A DNA stretch of 32,000 nt from Candidatus Nanosynbacter sp. BB002. Lineage in GTDB: Bacteria; Patescibacteriota; Saccharimonadia; Saccharimonadales; Saccharimonadaceae. Positions 16,815-24,192 of the stretch are shown here, piece after piece. The notes below the pieces were generated by a model that did not search any database, was not told the origin of the DNA, and was given only the letters and a program-made list of their open reading frames with translations. Position 1 is the first letter of the stretch. Each line of letters starts with the position of its first letter. Both the position numbers and the translations under genes were made by a program. The DNA lies in NCBI RefSeq assembly GCF_037013405.1, contig NZ_CP146064.1:450001-482000 (forward strand). The letters are read 5' to 3'.

Positions 16815-17958
16815 GGGAGCTGTGGAGGTCAATTTTTTCTATGGTCCAGGCGATAAGCTTGGCGAGTCCTACGACCTTCAATCTGTCGAATCGCATATAA
16901 CACTACTACAGCTTGCCTCAAAGCTTGATGCTGCTCGACTATTATCTAGCAAGGAATTTCTCAATTTTGAACAAGATACACTTATAGTTTGGCCTGAGGA
17001 GTTTTTTGGTGTGAGAGACAACTTTACAAACTCTTTGTGGAGAAATGTTCTGGAGACAAATCTACAAAAAGCTTATGTCGTCAACCCTCCAAAGCTGCTC
17101 GTGGAACAGGCAAAATTGCTATTTGGAACCGAGTCGGTCACTGAGCGTAATCATTCATACAAGTCAATTAGTCTTGACTTAATAAAGGAGGTGTCTGGTA
17201 GTCTAGAGAATGCCATAGTTGGACAGGACGATGCTGTTCAATCCCTTCCACGCTGTCTCGTATCTTTAATGAATACTGAAAAGAAACCTGTAGTTGTTAT
17301 GCTCTATGGACCGACGGGCGTAGGAAAAACTGAATCTGCAAAGATAATCGCTAACGCCCTTGGCGGCGAGGCTAGTCGTATGCAATTTTCAATGCTTCAG
17401 ACGGGTTCTCTAGCGGAGTATCTTTATGGATCAAGAGTTAATAGTAGATCGTTTGCTGCAGACCTGCTCGAACGACAATCCAATGTTGTTATCTTTGATG
17501 AATTCGACAAGACTGGGAGTGTCTTCCATAGTGCATTCTATCAGTTATTTGATGAGGGCGTTTTTGTCGACAAGAATTATAGCGTCGATATGACAAACAC
17601 TCTCATAGTCTGTACGTCAAACTACTCTTCACTACAAGAAATACGACAGCATCTCGGAGAACCCCTTAGTTCACGTTTTTCAGCATTTATAAAGTATACT
17701 ACTCTTGATCAATCGGCGAAGACCGCCATCATCAAGCAAAAGATTGATAAACTCTACGAATCTTACCCAGAAGACATTAGACAGGCTATCAATAAAGACG
17801 AAATAGAAGAGCGATTTCTGCCACTACTATGTAAGCTGAGTAACGTCAGAGAGATAACGAATTATATTGAACATATAATGTCTAACTATATTCTTGCGTC
17901 TGTGGAGGAGACAGGTATCGAGAATAGCTCTCTACCAGAGACTTCTGAGCCGATATGA
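16801..17958 (+). CDS. Stand-alone Clp/Hsp100 D2-like (AAA_2-type) AAA+ ATPase, gene B of the candidate system
   Basis: IVGQDDAVQSL, Walker A LYGPTGVGKTESAK (nt 17308-17331), Walker B VVIFDEFDK, sensor-1 IVCTSN and LSSRFSA (Arg finger/sensor region). It aligns by eye with the housekeeping ClpC fragment at the window end (DEIEKAHPDV..LLEDGQLTD...IIILTSN). It lacks Clp_N, D1 and the middle domain. Start is ATG 16801 or GTG 16789; either overlaps gene A (14 or 26 nt). Confidence 0.8.
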   Translation: MQRTKGAVEVNFFYGPGDKLGESYDLQSVESHITLLQLASKLDAARLLSSKEFLNFEQDTLIVWPEEFFGVRDNFTNSLWRNVLETNLQKAYVVNPPKLLVEQAKLLFGTESVTERNHSYKSISLDLIKEVSGSLENAIVGQDDAVQSLPRCLVSLMNTEKKPVVVMLYGPTGVGKTESAKIIANALGGEASRMQFSMLQTGSLAEYLYGSRVNSRSFAADLLERQSNVVIFDEFDKTGSVFHSAFYQLFDEGVFVDKNYSVDMTNTLIVCTSNYSSLQEIRQHLGEPLSSRFSAFIKYTTLDQSAKTAIIKQKIDKLYESYPEDIRQAINKDEIEERFLPLLCKLSNVREITNYIEHIMSNYILASVEETGIENSSLPETSEPI

Positions 17959-18862
17959 GATACTGCAAATTTGGCCGACTTGACACCATTCTGTTTATGA
18001 TATCTACTGCGACAGGTGTCACCTCGCCCGTTTTCTGAAAGTATTCTGGACCACTAATCACAATACATACATCCTTGGCCATTGGAAAGACAATCTCTGA
18101 ATCTAGTCGACCAAAACCGCCAAAAGAAAAATGAACCACTCCATTTGGCATACGCTTAGCGACAAAAGCTGGCATATCACTTGTAATAAACTCATAACCG
18201 TCTGGTGCAAACATGATGTGCCAACCTCGCCTGATAAATTTTTCAGCTATTGGTAGTACCTGTTCAAGCATACCCCTAATCACATTGTTTTTCCCAATAT
18301 CTATCGTAAGCTTCATATTATTTTCATCAATCATATCTTGAATATCTTGCTTAGACAATTCACCGGTAAAATCGGGATTTTCTTTTAATAGTTTTTCAAA
18401 ACGTGCAGGATCATCCTTTTTGAACTCATCCATCATAGCTTTTCGAGCATTGTCATCGAGCAGTTTAGACAACTTATCTTTTAGAACGTCCTTTAGGAAC
18501 TTTATTCCCGTCTCTTCAAAAAAATCCATAGTACGCGGTACTCGTAAGTACTGAAGAGCGATGAATATCGAGATATCCGCTATCGTTGCATTATCAATCC
18601 ATTCACCTAGCCTTACTGTATTTAGCCAACCCTGATACTTTGACTCAATACCCTTTGCCAGCATTTCTTCAATTTCATCTGAATCCTTGCCGTCCTTGTC
18701 CTTTATTCGGTACAGATAATTCTGTGAGCATATTTTATCTATTTTGGTTGGCGTAATCATTTTGGACCGTGAATTGTACGCATAGGTCCTCTCCTTCTTT
18801 TCATCAAAAAGAAATCCTCTCAAGTAGGTCTGCGGAACGAAGTGTGCTTGCTTTGTCGCCAT
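17882..18862 (-). CDS. DUF4238-like protein
   Basis: The ORF is open to 19060, but the upstream extension is hydrophobic junk. The ATG at 18862 gives MATKQAHFVPQTYLRGF, matching the N-terminal H-(Y/F)-VPQ-x-YL-(R/K)-x-F motif I associate with DUF4238. TATAAT lies 6 nt upstream. The 3' end overlaps the ATPase gene by 77 nt. Confidence 0.65.
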   Translation of the reverse strand: MATKQAHFVPQTYLRGFLFDEKKERTYAYNSRSKMITPTKIDKICSQNYLYRIKDKDGKDSDEIEEMLAKGIESKYQGWLNTVRLGEWIDNATIADISIFIALQYLRVPRTMDFFEETGIKFLKDVLKDKLSKLLDDNARKAMMDEFKKDDPARFEKLLKENPDFTGELSKQDIQDMIDENNMKLTIDIGKNNVIRGMLEQVLPIAEKFIRRGWHIMFAPDGYEFITSDMPAFVAKRMPNGVVHFSFGGFGRLDSEIVFPMAKDVCIVISGPEYFQKTGEVTPVAVDIINRMVSSRPNLQYLISAQKSLVESYSRYLSPPQTQEYS

Positions 18863-18868
18863 AGTGTT

Positions 18869-18874
18869 ATTATA
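18869..18874 (-). promoter_or_regulatory. -10 box for leaderless DUF4238 mRNA
   Basis: The minus strand reads TATAAT-aacact-ATG. The -35 region is only AT-rich (ttttat). Confidence 0.4.
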
Positions 18875-19246
18875 GCGGTTATGCACCATAAATAAAAAAT
18901 AACATAGGCTTACCGCACTTAAGCAATATAATTTTTCGCACGATAGGGTTCTGAAAATGACACAGAAAAGAATAAAGTAGTAAGGGTGTCCTCTTGTTAC
19001 CATACTAGATCTTGGCTTTGGGTATCCGATAGAGGTAAAGATAATGCTAACGCGCAGCAAGCACTAAAAAGCACTTCGCTAGAAAGTCAACAATACGAAG
19101 GTCTTACAGATGAATTAGTCGAGACCGCTATTGCGCCTCAAAATACTCCTATAAAAGATGGCTTTATAAAAAAGAAGTGGTACACAAAGATAAGTCTACC
19201 GAGCTAGAAAATAGGGTTGGGTTGTCGGAAGGTATAAATTAATCAC

Positions 19247-19280
19247 AAACAAAAAAGACCTTTCAGAGCTTGAAAAGTCT
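19247..19280 (-). terminator. Rho-independent terminator of the tRNA-Phe/tRNA-Gly(GCC) transcription unit
   Basis: Minus strand: agactttt, loop caagctctg, aaaggtct (8 bp including one G-U), followed by tttttgttt. Confidence 0.65.
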
Positions 19281-19284
19281 TATA

Positions 19285-19360
19285 TGGTGCGGGTTAGGAG
19301 ACTCTAACTCCTGGCCTCTTCCATGGCAAGGAAGCGCTCTAACAACTGAGCTAAACCCGC
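19285..19360 (-). tRNA. tRNA-Gly (anticodon GCC), CCA encoded
   Basis: Manual cloverleaf: GCGGGTT-TA-GCTC-AGTTGTTA-GAGC-G-CTTCC-TTGCCAT-GGAAG-AGGCC-AGGAG-TTAGAGT-CTCCT-AACCCGC-A-CCA (76 nt). Confidence 0.9.
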
Positions 19361-19409
19361 ATGTGATTCACGATTCATTGTAGCAAAGCCGTGAACAAAA
19401 TGCAATATT

Positions 19410-19485
19410 TGGTGGCTCCTCCCAGACTTGAACTGGGGACACAAGGCTCTTCAGGCCTCTGCTCTACCAACTGAGCTAAAGAGCC
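19410..19485 (-). tRNA. tRNA-Phe (anticodon GAA), CCA encoded
   Basis: GGCTCTT-TA-GCTC-AGTTGGTA-GAGC-A-GAGGC-CTGAAGA-GCCTT-GTGTC-CCCAG-TTCAAGT-CTGGG-AGGAGCC-A-CCA (76 nt). Confidence 0.9.
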
Positions 19486-19551
19486 ACAAACTTGCTATTT
19501 CATTGTACTAAAGTTGTCGCTATCTGGCAAGGGTGATATACTTTTAAGAAC

Positions 19552-19626
19552 GCGGGTGTCGTATAACGGCTATTATGTGACCTTCCCAAGGTTGAGACGG
19601 GAGTTCGACTCTCCCCATCCGCACCA
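19552..19626 (+). tRNA. tRNA-Gly (anticodon CCC), CCA encoded
   Basis: GCGGGTG-TC-GTAT-AACGGCTA-TTAT-G-TGACC-TTCCCAA-GGTTG-AGAC-GGGAG-TTCGACT-CTCCC-CATCCGC-A-CCA (75 nt, a few G-U pairs). Confidence 0.85.
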
Positions 19627-19640
19627 CAATTTACCATCAC

Positions 19641-19668
19641 GAGCTTCCCGGCGAGGCTCTTTTTATTT
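19641..19668 (+). terminator. Rho-independent terminator after tRNA-Gly(CCC)
   Basis: gagcttc (19641-19647), loop ccggc, gaggctc (19653-19659), then tttttattt. Confidence 0.6.
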
Positions 19669-19688
19669 GTCCTGCAAATCAGCAAAGG

Positions 19689-19901
19689 CTAAACGGTTAT
19701 TTCGCTATATTCCGCGTAACCAAACTTGTCCAAAACTTCCTGACCAAATTTCCTAAGATTATCAATTCGTGCCTGTTCTTTGTCAAAATTTTCCTGCGTA
19801 CAAATGGCGTCATAAAGCGCTCTCATATCACTATCCTCAGGACTACTAGCAGTTGCCCCTGTAAGTTCTCGCTCCATTAGGTCATGATTAGCACGTGGCA
19901 T
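19689..19901 (-). CDS. Small hypothetical protein (70 aa)
   Basis: The ATG at 19901 (MPRANHDLMEREL...) is preceded by SD gaggagg. The listed 84-aa ORF start at 19943 lacks an SD. Confidence 0.55.
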   Translation of the reverse strand: MPRANHDLMERELTGATASSPEDSDMRALYDAICTQENFDKEQARIDNLRKFGQEVLDKFGYAEYSEITV

Positions 19902-20031
19902 ATTTCCATTCCTCCTCTTTTGACTCCATATATATCTTAGCACTATCTATACCATATAGAGTTTGCTTTTGCAATACTGTGTTCCGCGCCAATATAAAAA
20001 GTCCTCGACGTACATCGGGACTACTGACTAA

Positions 20032-20580
20032 CTATAATGGTTCTCGCAGGAACTTGGTGAGGTGCGCCTCCCCATAACTACGATTGTCCACCACAACAAT
20101 TCCGTTTTGAACTGGCACCTCACCTATTCCTGGGTGTGATAATATCATACATCCGCCCGGTTTGAGAAGCCCCATTAGTCGTGAAACTGTGGAAAACTGA
20201 GGATTATGATATGGTGGATCGGCAAAGATGATATCAAACTTCTCTGTTACGCTCATGCTTTTCAGCCAATTCGATATCGTTGTTTTTATTACAATAGATT
20301 TTTCATCGACGCCCAAACTGGCTATGTTTTCGGCGATCACGCGCTGCGCGACCCGGTCTCGCTCCACAAAAACCACCGACTCGGCACCGCGACTGAGTGC
20401 TTCCAGGCCAATCGCGCCAGAGCCAGCAAAAGCATCCAGCACCCGCGAACCGCGAACCGTCTCGCCCAGTGAATTAAACATTGCCGAACGGACTCGCTCA
20501 CCCATGGGATGTGTCGTCGAGCCTGGTGGAGTTTGAATGAATCGTCCGCCAAATTCCCCAGCGATGATGCGCACCCTCAC
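20032..20580 (-). CDS. rsmD: 16S rRNA (guanine966-N2)-methyltransferase RsmD
   Basis: RIIAGEFGGRFIQTPPGSTTHPMGERVRSAMFNSL, SAM-binding VLDAFAGSGAIGLEALSRGA and the DPPY motif (IIFADPPY). GTG start overlaps the upstream stop (GTGA). Confidence 0.9.
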   Translation of the reverse strand: MRVRIIAGEFGGRFIQTPPGSTTHPMGERVRSAMFNSLGETVRGSRVLDAFAGSGAIGLEALSRGAESVVFVERDRVAQRVIAENIASLGVDEKSIVIKTTISNWLKSMSVTEKFDIIFADPPYHNPQFSTVSRLMGLLKPGGCMILSHPGIGEVPVQNGIVVVDNRSYGEAHLTKFLREPL

Positions 20581-21392
20581 CGTTTAGCCTCAAGTTTCCA
20601 AACCGACGCTAGCCAGCCCAGCATGACGGCTTTGATGATGATCGGCATCAGTTCATGGTTAGTTTGCCACGCCAAATCAGTCGTCCAGCCGTTTTTGCCA
20701 AAATTGTCATACATCTTTAGGTCAGCCACAGCGTGCACTTGCTCTAGATAATATTTCCGATAGCCCTGTTGTTTGACCTGTAAAATCTCAGCCTCACTCG
20801 GCACAGCATCCTTAAAGCGCGGATAAGCCACTACGCTCGCCACACCAGCTTCAAACGCCACATGCATGGTCATCATGCCTTTAGCACCCCAAAACTTCCA
20901 GTTGTTTTTGATGAGCTCAATCCCCGTGTCACCCTTCATGACATTTTTCTTGAGGATGGAGGTTCGCGTCTCTAGACCTTCGCCGCCGCGCAGCTCCTGC
21001 ATGGCATGTTCCAGCGGGAAATGATGCGCTGGCGTCAAACCATCGGTGATGGCATGCGCCATCCACGCCGCTTCAAAAGCGGCTCGTTCAGAATTATGGT
21101 TCTGTAGCGCCTTCGCCAGATTATCAATATGCTGGTCGATCATCTCCAACAGTGCCGTGTCGTTCGGGTCGTCTGGATTGATGAAATGCCATGGTTCGTC
21201 GACAGCTGGACTTTTGCGCTTAACGCCATCGGGGCCGTTTTTGCCCTCAAAATGCAGAATATTTTTAACATCAGGAAATTCGCACCAATCAGGCAGCATC
21301 GGTTCAAGGTGTCGCCTGGCCACTCGATCTATCTTTTGATGAACACCGATAAATCGACCAGAGCCATCTCTAATTGTTGTTCCTGCGTACAT
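20577..21392 (-). CDS. Conserved hypothetical protein (His-rich; possibly a phospholipase C / P1 nuclease-like fold)
   Basis: 271 aa with a hydrophobic C-terminal helix. His/Asp/Trp clusters (WHFINPDD, WMAHAITDGLTPAHH). The family guess is weak. Confidence 0.5.
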   Translation of the reverse strand: MYAGTTIRDGSGRFIGVHQKIDRVARRHLEPMLPDWCEFPDVKNILHFEGKNGPDGVKRKSPAVDEPWHFINPDDPNDTALLEMIDQHIDNLAKALQNHNSERAAFEAAWMAHAITDGLTPAHHFPLEHAMQELRGGEGLETRTSILKKNVMKGDTGIELIKNNWKFWGAKGMMTMHVAFEAGVASVVAYPRFKDAVPSEAEILQVKQQGYRKYYLEQVHAVADLKMYDNFGKNGWTTDLAWQTNHELMPIIIKAVMLGWLASVWKLEAKR

Positions 21393-21393
21393 A

Positions 21394-23436
21394 TTAATTC
21401 AAAATGGTTAATCGCTGATAGCGACTGACGGCACGCGCCAGATGGTTATATTGTAACAAATCCCGCCCCTCTTTGACAAAGCGCTCGGCCTCCGTTTGCG
21501 CACGGGCGATCAGTGGCGTATCGCTCAGTGAGGCAATTTTCAGGTTCAGCGCGCCATGTTGCATCTTTCCATAGATCTCGCCAGGACCGCGCAGTTTCAG
21601 GTCAACTTCCGCCAAGTAAAATCCGTCTTGAGATTTCTCAATCTCTCTGAGACGCTGGGACGGCTTATCATGACCCGACATCATCAAATGACAAAAACTC
21701 TGATGCTGACCACGCCCAACCCGACCACGCAGCTGATGGAGCTGGCTGAGACCAAAATGATCGGCATTTTCGATGAGCATGACCGTGGCGTTTGGCACGT
21801 TAACGCCAACCTCCACCACCGTGGTACTCACTAGCATATCCAGCTCGCCGTCGGCAAACTGTTGCATGACCGCGGCTTTTTCCTCCGGCGGCAATTTACC
21901 GTGTAGCAATCCGACGCGGCGATGACGAAACATCGTTTTTGCCAATTTGTGATATTCCGCCTCGACCGATTTTTTGTCATTGTCAGGATTATCGTCGATC
22001 AACGGGCAGATGATATAGGCTTGGCGACCTTTGGCAATTTCTGCATCAATAGTTTCGTAGAGCTTTGGCGCTGAGGCTGGCGACCAAATTTTCGTTTCAA
22101 TCGGCTGGCGCCCGGCTGGCAGCTCGTCCAAAATCGAAATATCCAGTTCACCATACAAGGTCAACGCCAGACTTCGCGGGATCGGCGTGGCAGTCATGCT
22201 GAGCAGGTGTGGCATGTAGTCTGCCTTTTGTAATAATGCCTGCCGCTGCTTGACGCCGAACCGATGCTGCTCGTCAATTACCACAAACCCCAGCTTGTGG
22301 TACGCCACTTTTTCCTGAATCAGCGCGTGTGTACCAACCACCACGTTAATGTTGCCGCTCGCTAAATTGTCCAGCAGCTGCCGCCGCTGAGCGCCCTTGA
22401 CGTGTCCCGTCAGCAGTGCCACCGACACGCCAAATGGCGACAATAATTCATCCAGCGTCTTGGCGTGCTGAGTCGCCAAAATCTCCGTCGGCGCCATGAT
22501 GGCCGTCTGAAAGCCAGCCTGCGCCACTTCTGCCGCCACCAGCCCGGCGACCACGGTTTTGCCTGAGCCGACATCGCCCTGTAGTAGGCGATTCATCGGA
22601 TGCTCCGACTCCAAATCTTGCAAAATCTGCCAGGCGGCGCGGCGCTGCGCGTTGGTTAAGGGAAATGGCAATTGTTCGACAAATTGCTTGACGACCGGCT
22701 GATTGAACGGGATGCGCCAGCCAGTCAATTTGGTTTGTTCTTGCTTGTTGAGCTGCGCAGCCAAAATCATTTCAAACAATTCCTCAAACGCCAGCCGCTC
22801 ACGACCGCGAGCAATTTCCTCGTGACTATTTGGCGCGTGGAGGAACCTGACGGCTTCGGCGCGGCTGACTAGTTTTTGCCGCTGGACAATGTGTTCTGGT
22901 AGCGTCTCGGGCAAAAATTCCATGATAGGACGCAGATTTTTCAGCAAATCCTGCACGGTTTTGGGGCGGAGATTTTTGATTGATTTGTAGACGGGATGGA
23001 TGCCCGACGTAGGCTGGGCGTCGGATGTATCGGTTTGCTTGGCAAGTTCGACGGATGGATTGCTAATCTGATAGCTATTATATTGCATGCCAAATTGGCC
23101 GGAGAACATAAACTCGGCGTCAGATCTCAGCTGCGATTCGCGGTACGGTTGATTAAACCAAACGGCCTTGACCTTGCCAGAATCATCCGCCAACACCGCC
23201 GTAGTGATCCTTAAGCCCCGGCGCACAATCCGCGTCGAAATCGACTCGCAGCGCGCTCGCACCGTCACCTTGCCTGGTTGAAGATCAGCGATATTGACCG
23301 CCGCCGAATAATCATCATACGCCCGCGGCAAAAAATCTAGGACATCCGCCACCGTCTCCAACCCTGCCGCCGCCAACGCCTGAGCAGTTTTAGGGCCGAC
23401 GCCTTTGATATGTTCCAGTGGAGTTGTCAGCTTCAT
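21394..23436 (-). CDS. recG: ATP-dependent DNA helicase RecG
   Basis: 680 aa. N-terminal wedge/OB domain, helicase motif I GDVGSGKT, motif II DEQHRF, SMTATPIPR, and QLHQLRGRVGRG. Confidence 0.96.
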   Translation of the reverse strand: MKLTTPLEHIKGVGPKTAQALAAAGLETVADVLDFLPRAYDDYSAAVNIADLQPGKVTVRARCESISTRIVRRGLRITTAVLADDSGKVKAVWFNQPYRESQLRSDAEFMFSGQFGMQYNSYQISNPSVELAKQTDTSDAQPTSGIHPVYKSIKNLRPKTVQDLLKNLRPIMEFLPETLPEHIVQRQKLVSRAEAVRFLHAPNSHEEIARGRERLAFEELFEMILAAQLNKQEQTKLTGWRIPFNQPVVKQFVEQLPFPLTNAQRRAAWQILQDLESEHPMNRLLQGDVGSGKTVVAGLVAAEVAQAGFQTAIMAPTEILATQHAKTLDELLSPFGVSVALLTGHVKGAQRRQLLDNLASGNINVVVGTHALIQEKVAYHKLGFVVIDEQHRFGVKQRQALLQKADYMPHLLSMTATPIPRSLALTLYGELDISILDELPAGRQPIETKIWSPASAPKLYETIDAEIAKGRQAYIICPLIDDNPDNDKKSVEAEYHKLAKTMFRHRRVGLLHGKLPPEEKAAVMQQFADGELDMLVSTTVVEVGVNVPNATVMLIENADHFGLSQLHQLRGRVGRGQHQSFCHLMMSGHDKPSQRLREIEKSQDGFYLAEVDLKLRGPGEIYGKMQHGALNLKIASLSDTPLIARAQTEAERFVKEGRDLLQYNHLARAVSRYQRLTILN

Positions 23437-24192
23437 CTACGAAACAGCGTTGATGCCTTCCAGTGCGTAGGCGGTATCTTCCCAGCGTTCCACAGCGATA
23501 CAATCAATGCCCATATTTTTGACTGGGAAATCATTGCCGCCTTCTTCCAGTTTATCGCCGAAGAATAGAATCTCCTCTTTGGTTACACCTGTCGCTTCCA
23601 TTAGTTTCTTCATGCCGTACGCCTTGTCAATGCCAGGCTTGGTGACATCCAAGCTGGTGGTGCCTGCCGTCCGAATTTCAAATTCTGGAATGCGTGCTTT
23701 GACAGCATCGTTGAGCAATTTACGTTTTTCCTTGTTGGCTTCAGCCCAGGCGTATTTGTCTTCAGGAGTAGCCTTTTGACCCAGCGCAGAGTATGTCACC
23801 TGACTGAGGCGATCTTCGATGATTTCGCCAGCTGGATTGTCCACCCACATATCAAGCTCCTTAGCTGAGGTCTCAATTGCCTCAAAAATCCGAGCTTTTT
23901 GCTCTTCAGTCAAGTCCTCCTGATATTGCAATCGCCATTCGCCGTCCTGGAAGCGATAGTAACGAGTGCCACATGTTGGCATGATGTGCAGCCGGCTAAG
24001 ATCAACGCCCGGAACTTGTTCAATTTGCCTGACAGTGTTTGGATAGATCACTCCTTCAAAATCAGTACCAGAAATGATGCACACGTCGTAATGTTTCAGC
24101 AACTCCGCCAACAGACCAGCCATGCGCGGCGTAGCTGGCATTTTCGACAAGACAATAGTGTCGTCTGAGTCAAAAGCTATAATTTTCTTCAT
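23437..24192 (-). CDS. HAD-IIB family hydrolase (sugar phosphatase / phosphomannomutase-like)
   Basis: DxDxT motif FDSDDT at the N-terminus. SGT, a K in TKPGIDK, and a terminal GDK..EGGND motif. The start codon overlaps the tyrS stop by 1 nt (TAATG). Confidence 0.8.
   Translation of the reverse strand: MKKIIAFDSDDTIVLSKMPATPRMAGLLAELLKHYDVCIISGTDFEGVIYPNTVRQIEQVPGVDLSRLHIMPTCGTRYYRFQDGEWRLQYQEDLTEEQKARIFEAIETSAKELDMWVDNPAGEIIEDRLSQVTYSALGQKATPEDKYAWAEANKEKRKLLNDAVKARIPEFEIRTAGTTSLDVTKPGIDKAYGMKKLMEATGVTKEEILFFGDKLEEGGNDFPVKNMGIDCIAVERWEDTAYALEGINAVS

Larger units (their letters stand above)
13090..19250. other. AT-rich, probably horizontally acquired island (candidate defence island) abutting a tRNA cluster
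   Basis: Abrupt compositional change. Spot counts of 60-nt lines give about 28-35% GC inside versus about 48% just outside at 12001. All four ORFs inside lack housekeeping identity. The right edge is the terminator of the tRNA-Phe/tRNA-Gly operon. No integrase or flanking direct repeat was found. Confidence 0.7.

Noticed and set aside
18863-19060. The upstream 66 codons of the 392-aa minus-strand ORF.
   Set aside because: The translation (MLRVSIIFTSIGYPKPRSS...CYFLFMVHNRYNNT) looks like non-coding AT-rich sequence. The family-typical N-terminus begins at the ATG at 18862, which has a -10 box just upstream.
18986-19207. A 73-aa plus-strand ORF between the DUF4238 gene and the tRNA terminator.
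   Set aside because: It has only a GTG start with no SD or promoter, no recognisable motif, and it overlaps the DUF4238 upstream region. It may be a relic, but I cannot support it as a gene.
13090-19284. Search for an integrase, transposase, inverted repeats or tRNA-derived direct repeats bounding the AT-rich island.
   Set aside because: None was found by eye; only 6-7-nt chance matches turned up. The region is therefore reported as a compositional island, not as a defined mobile element.
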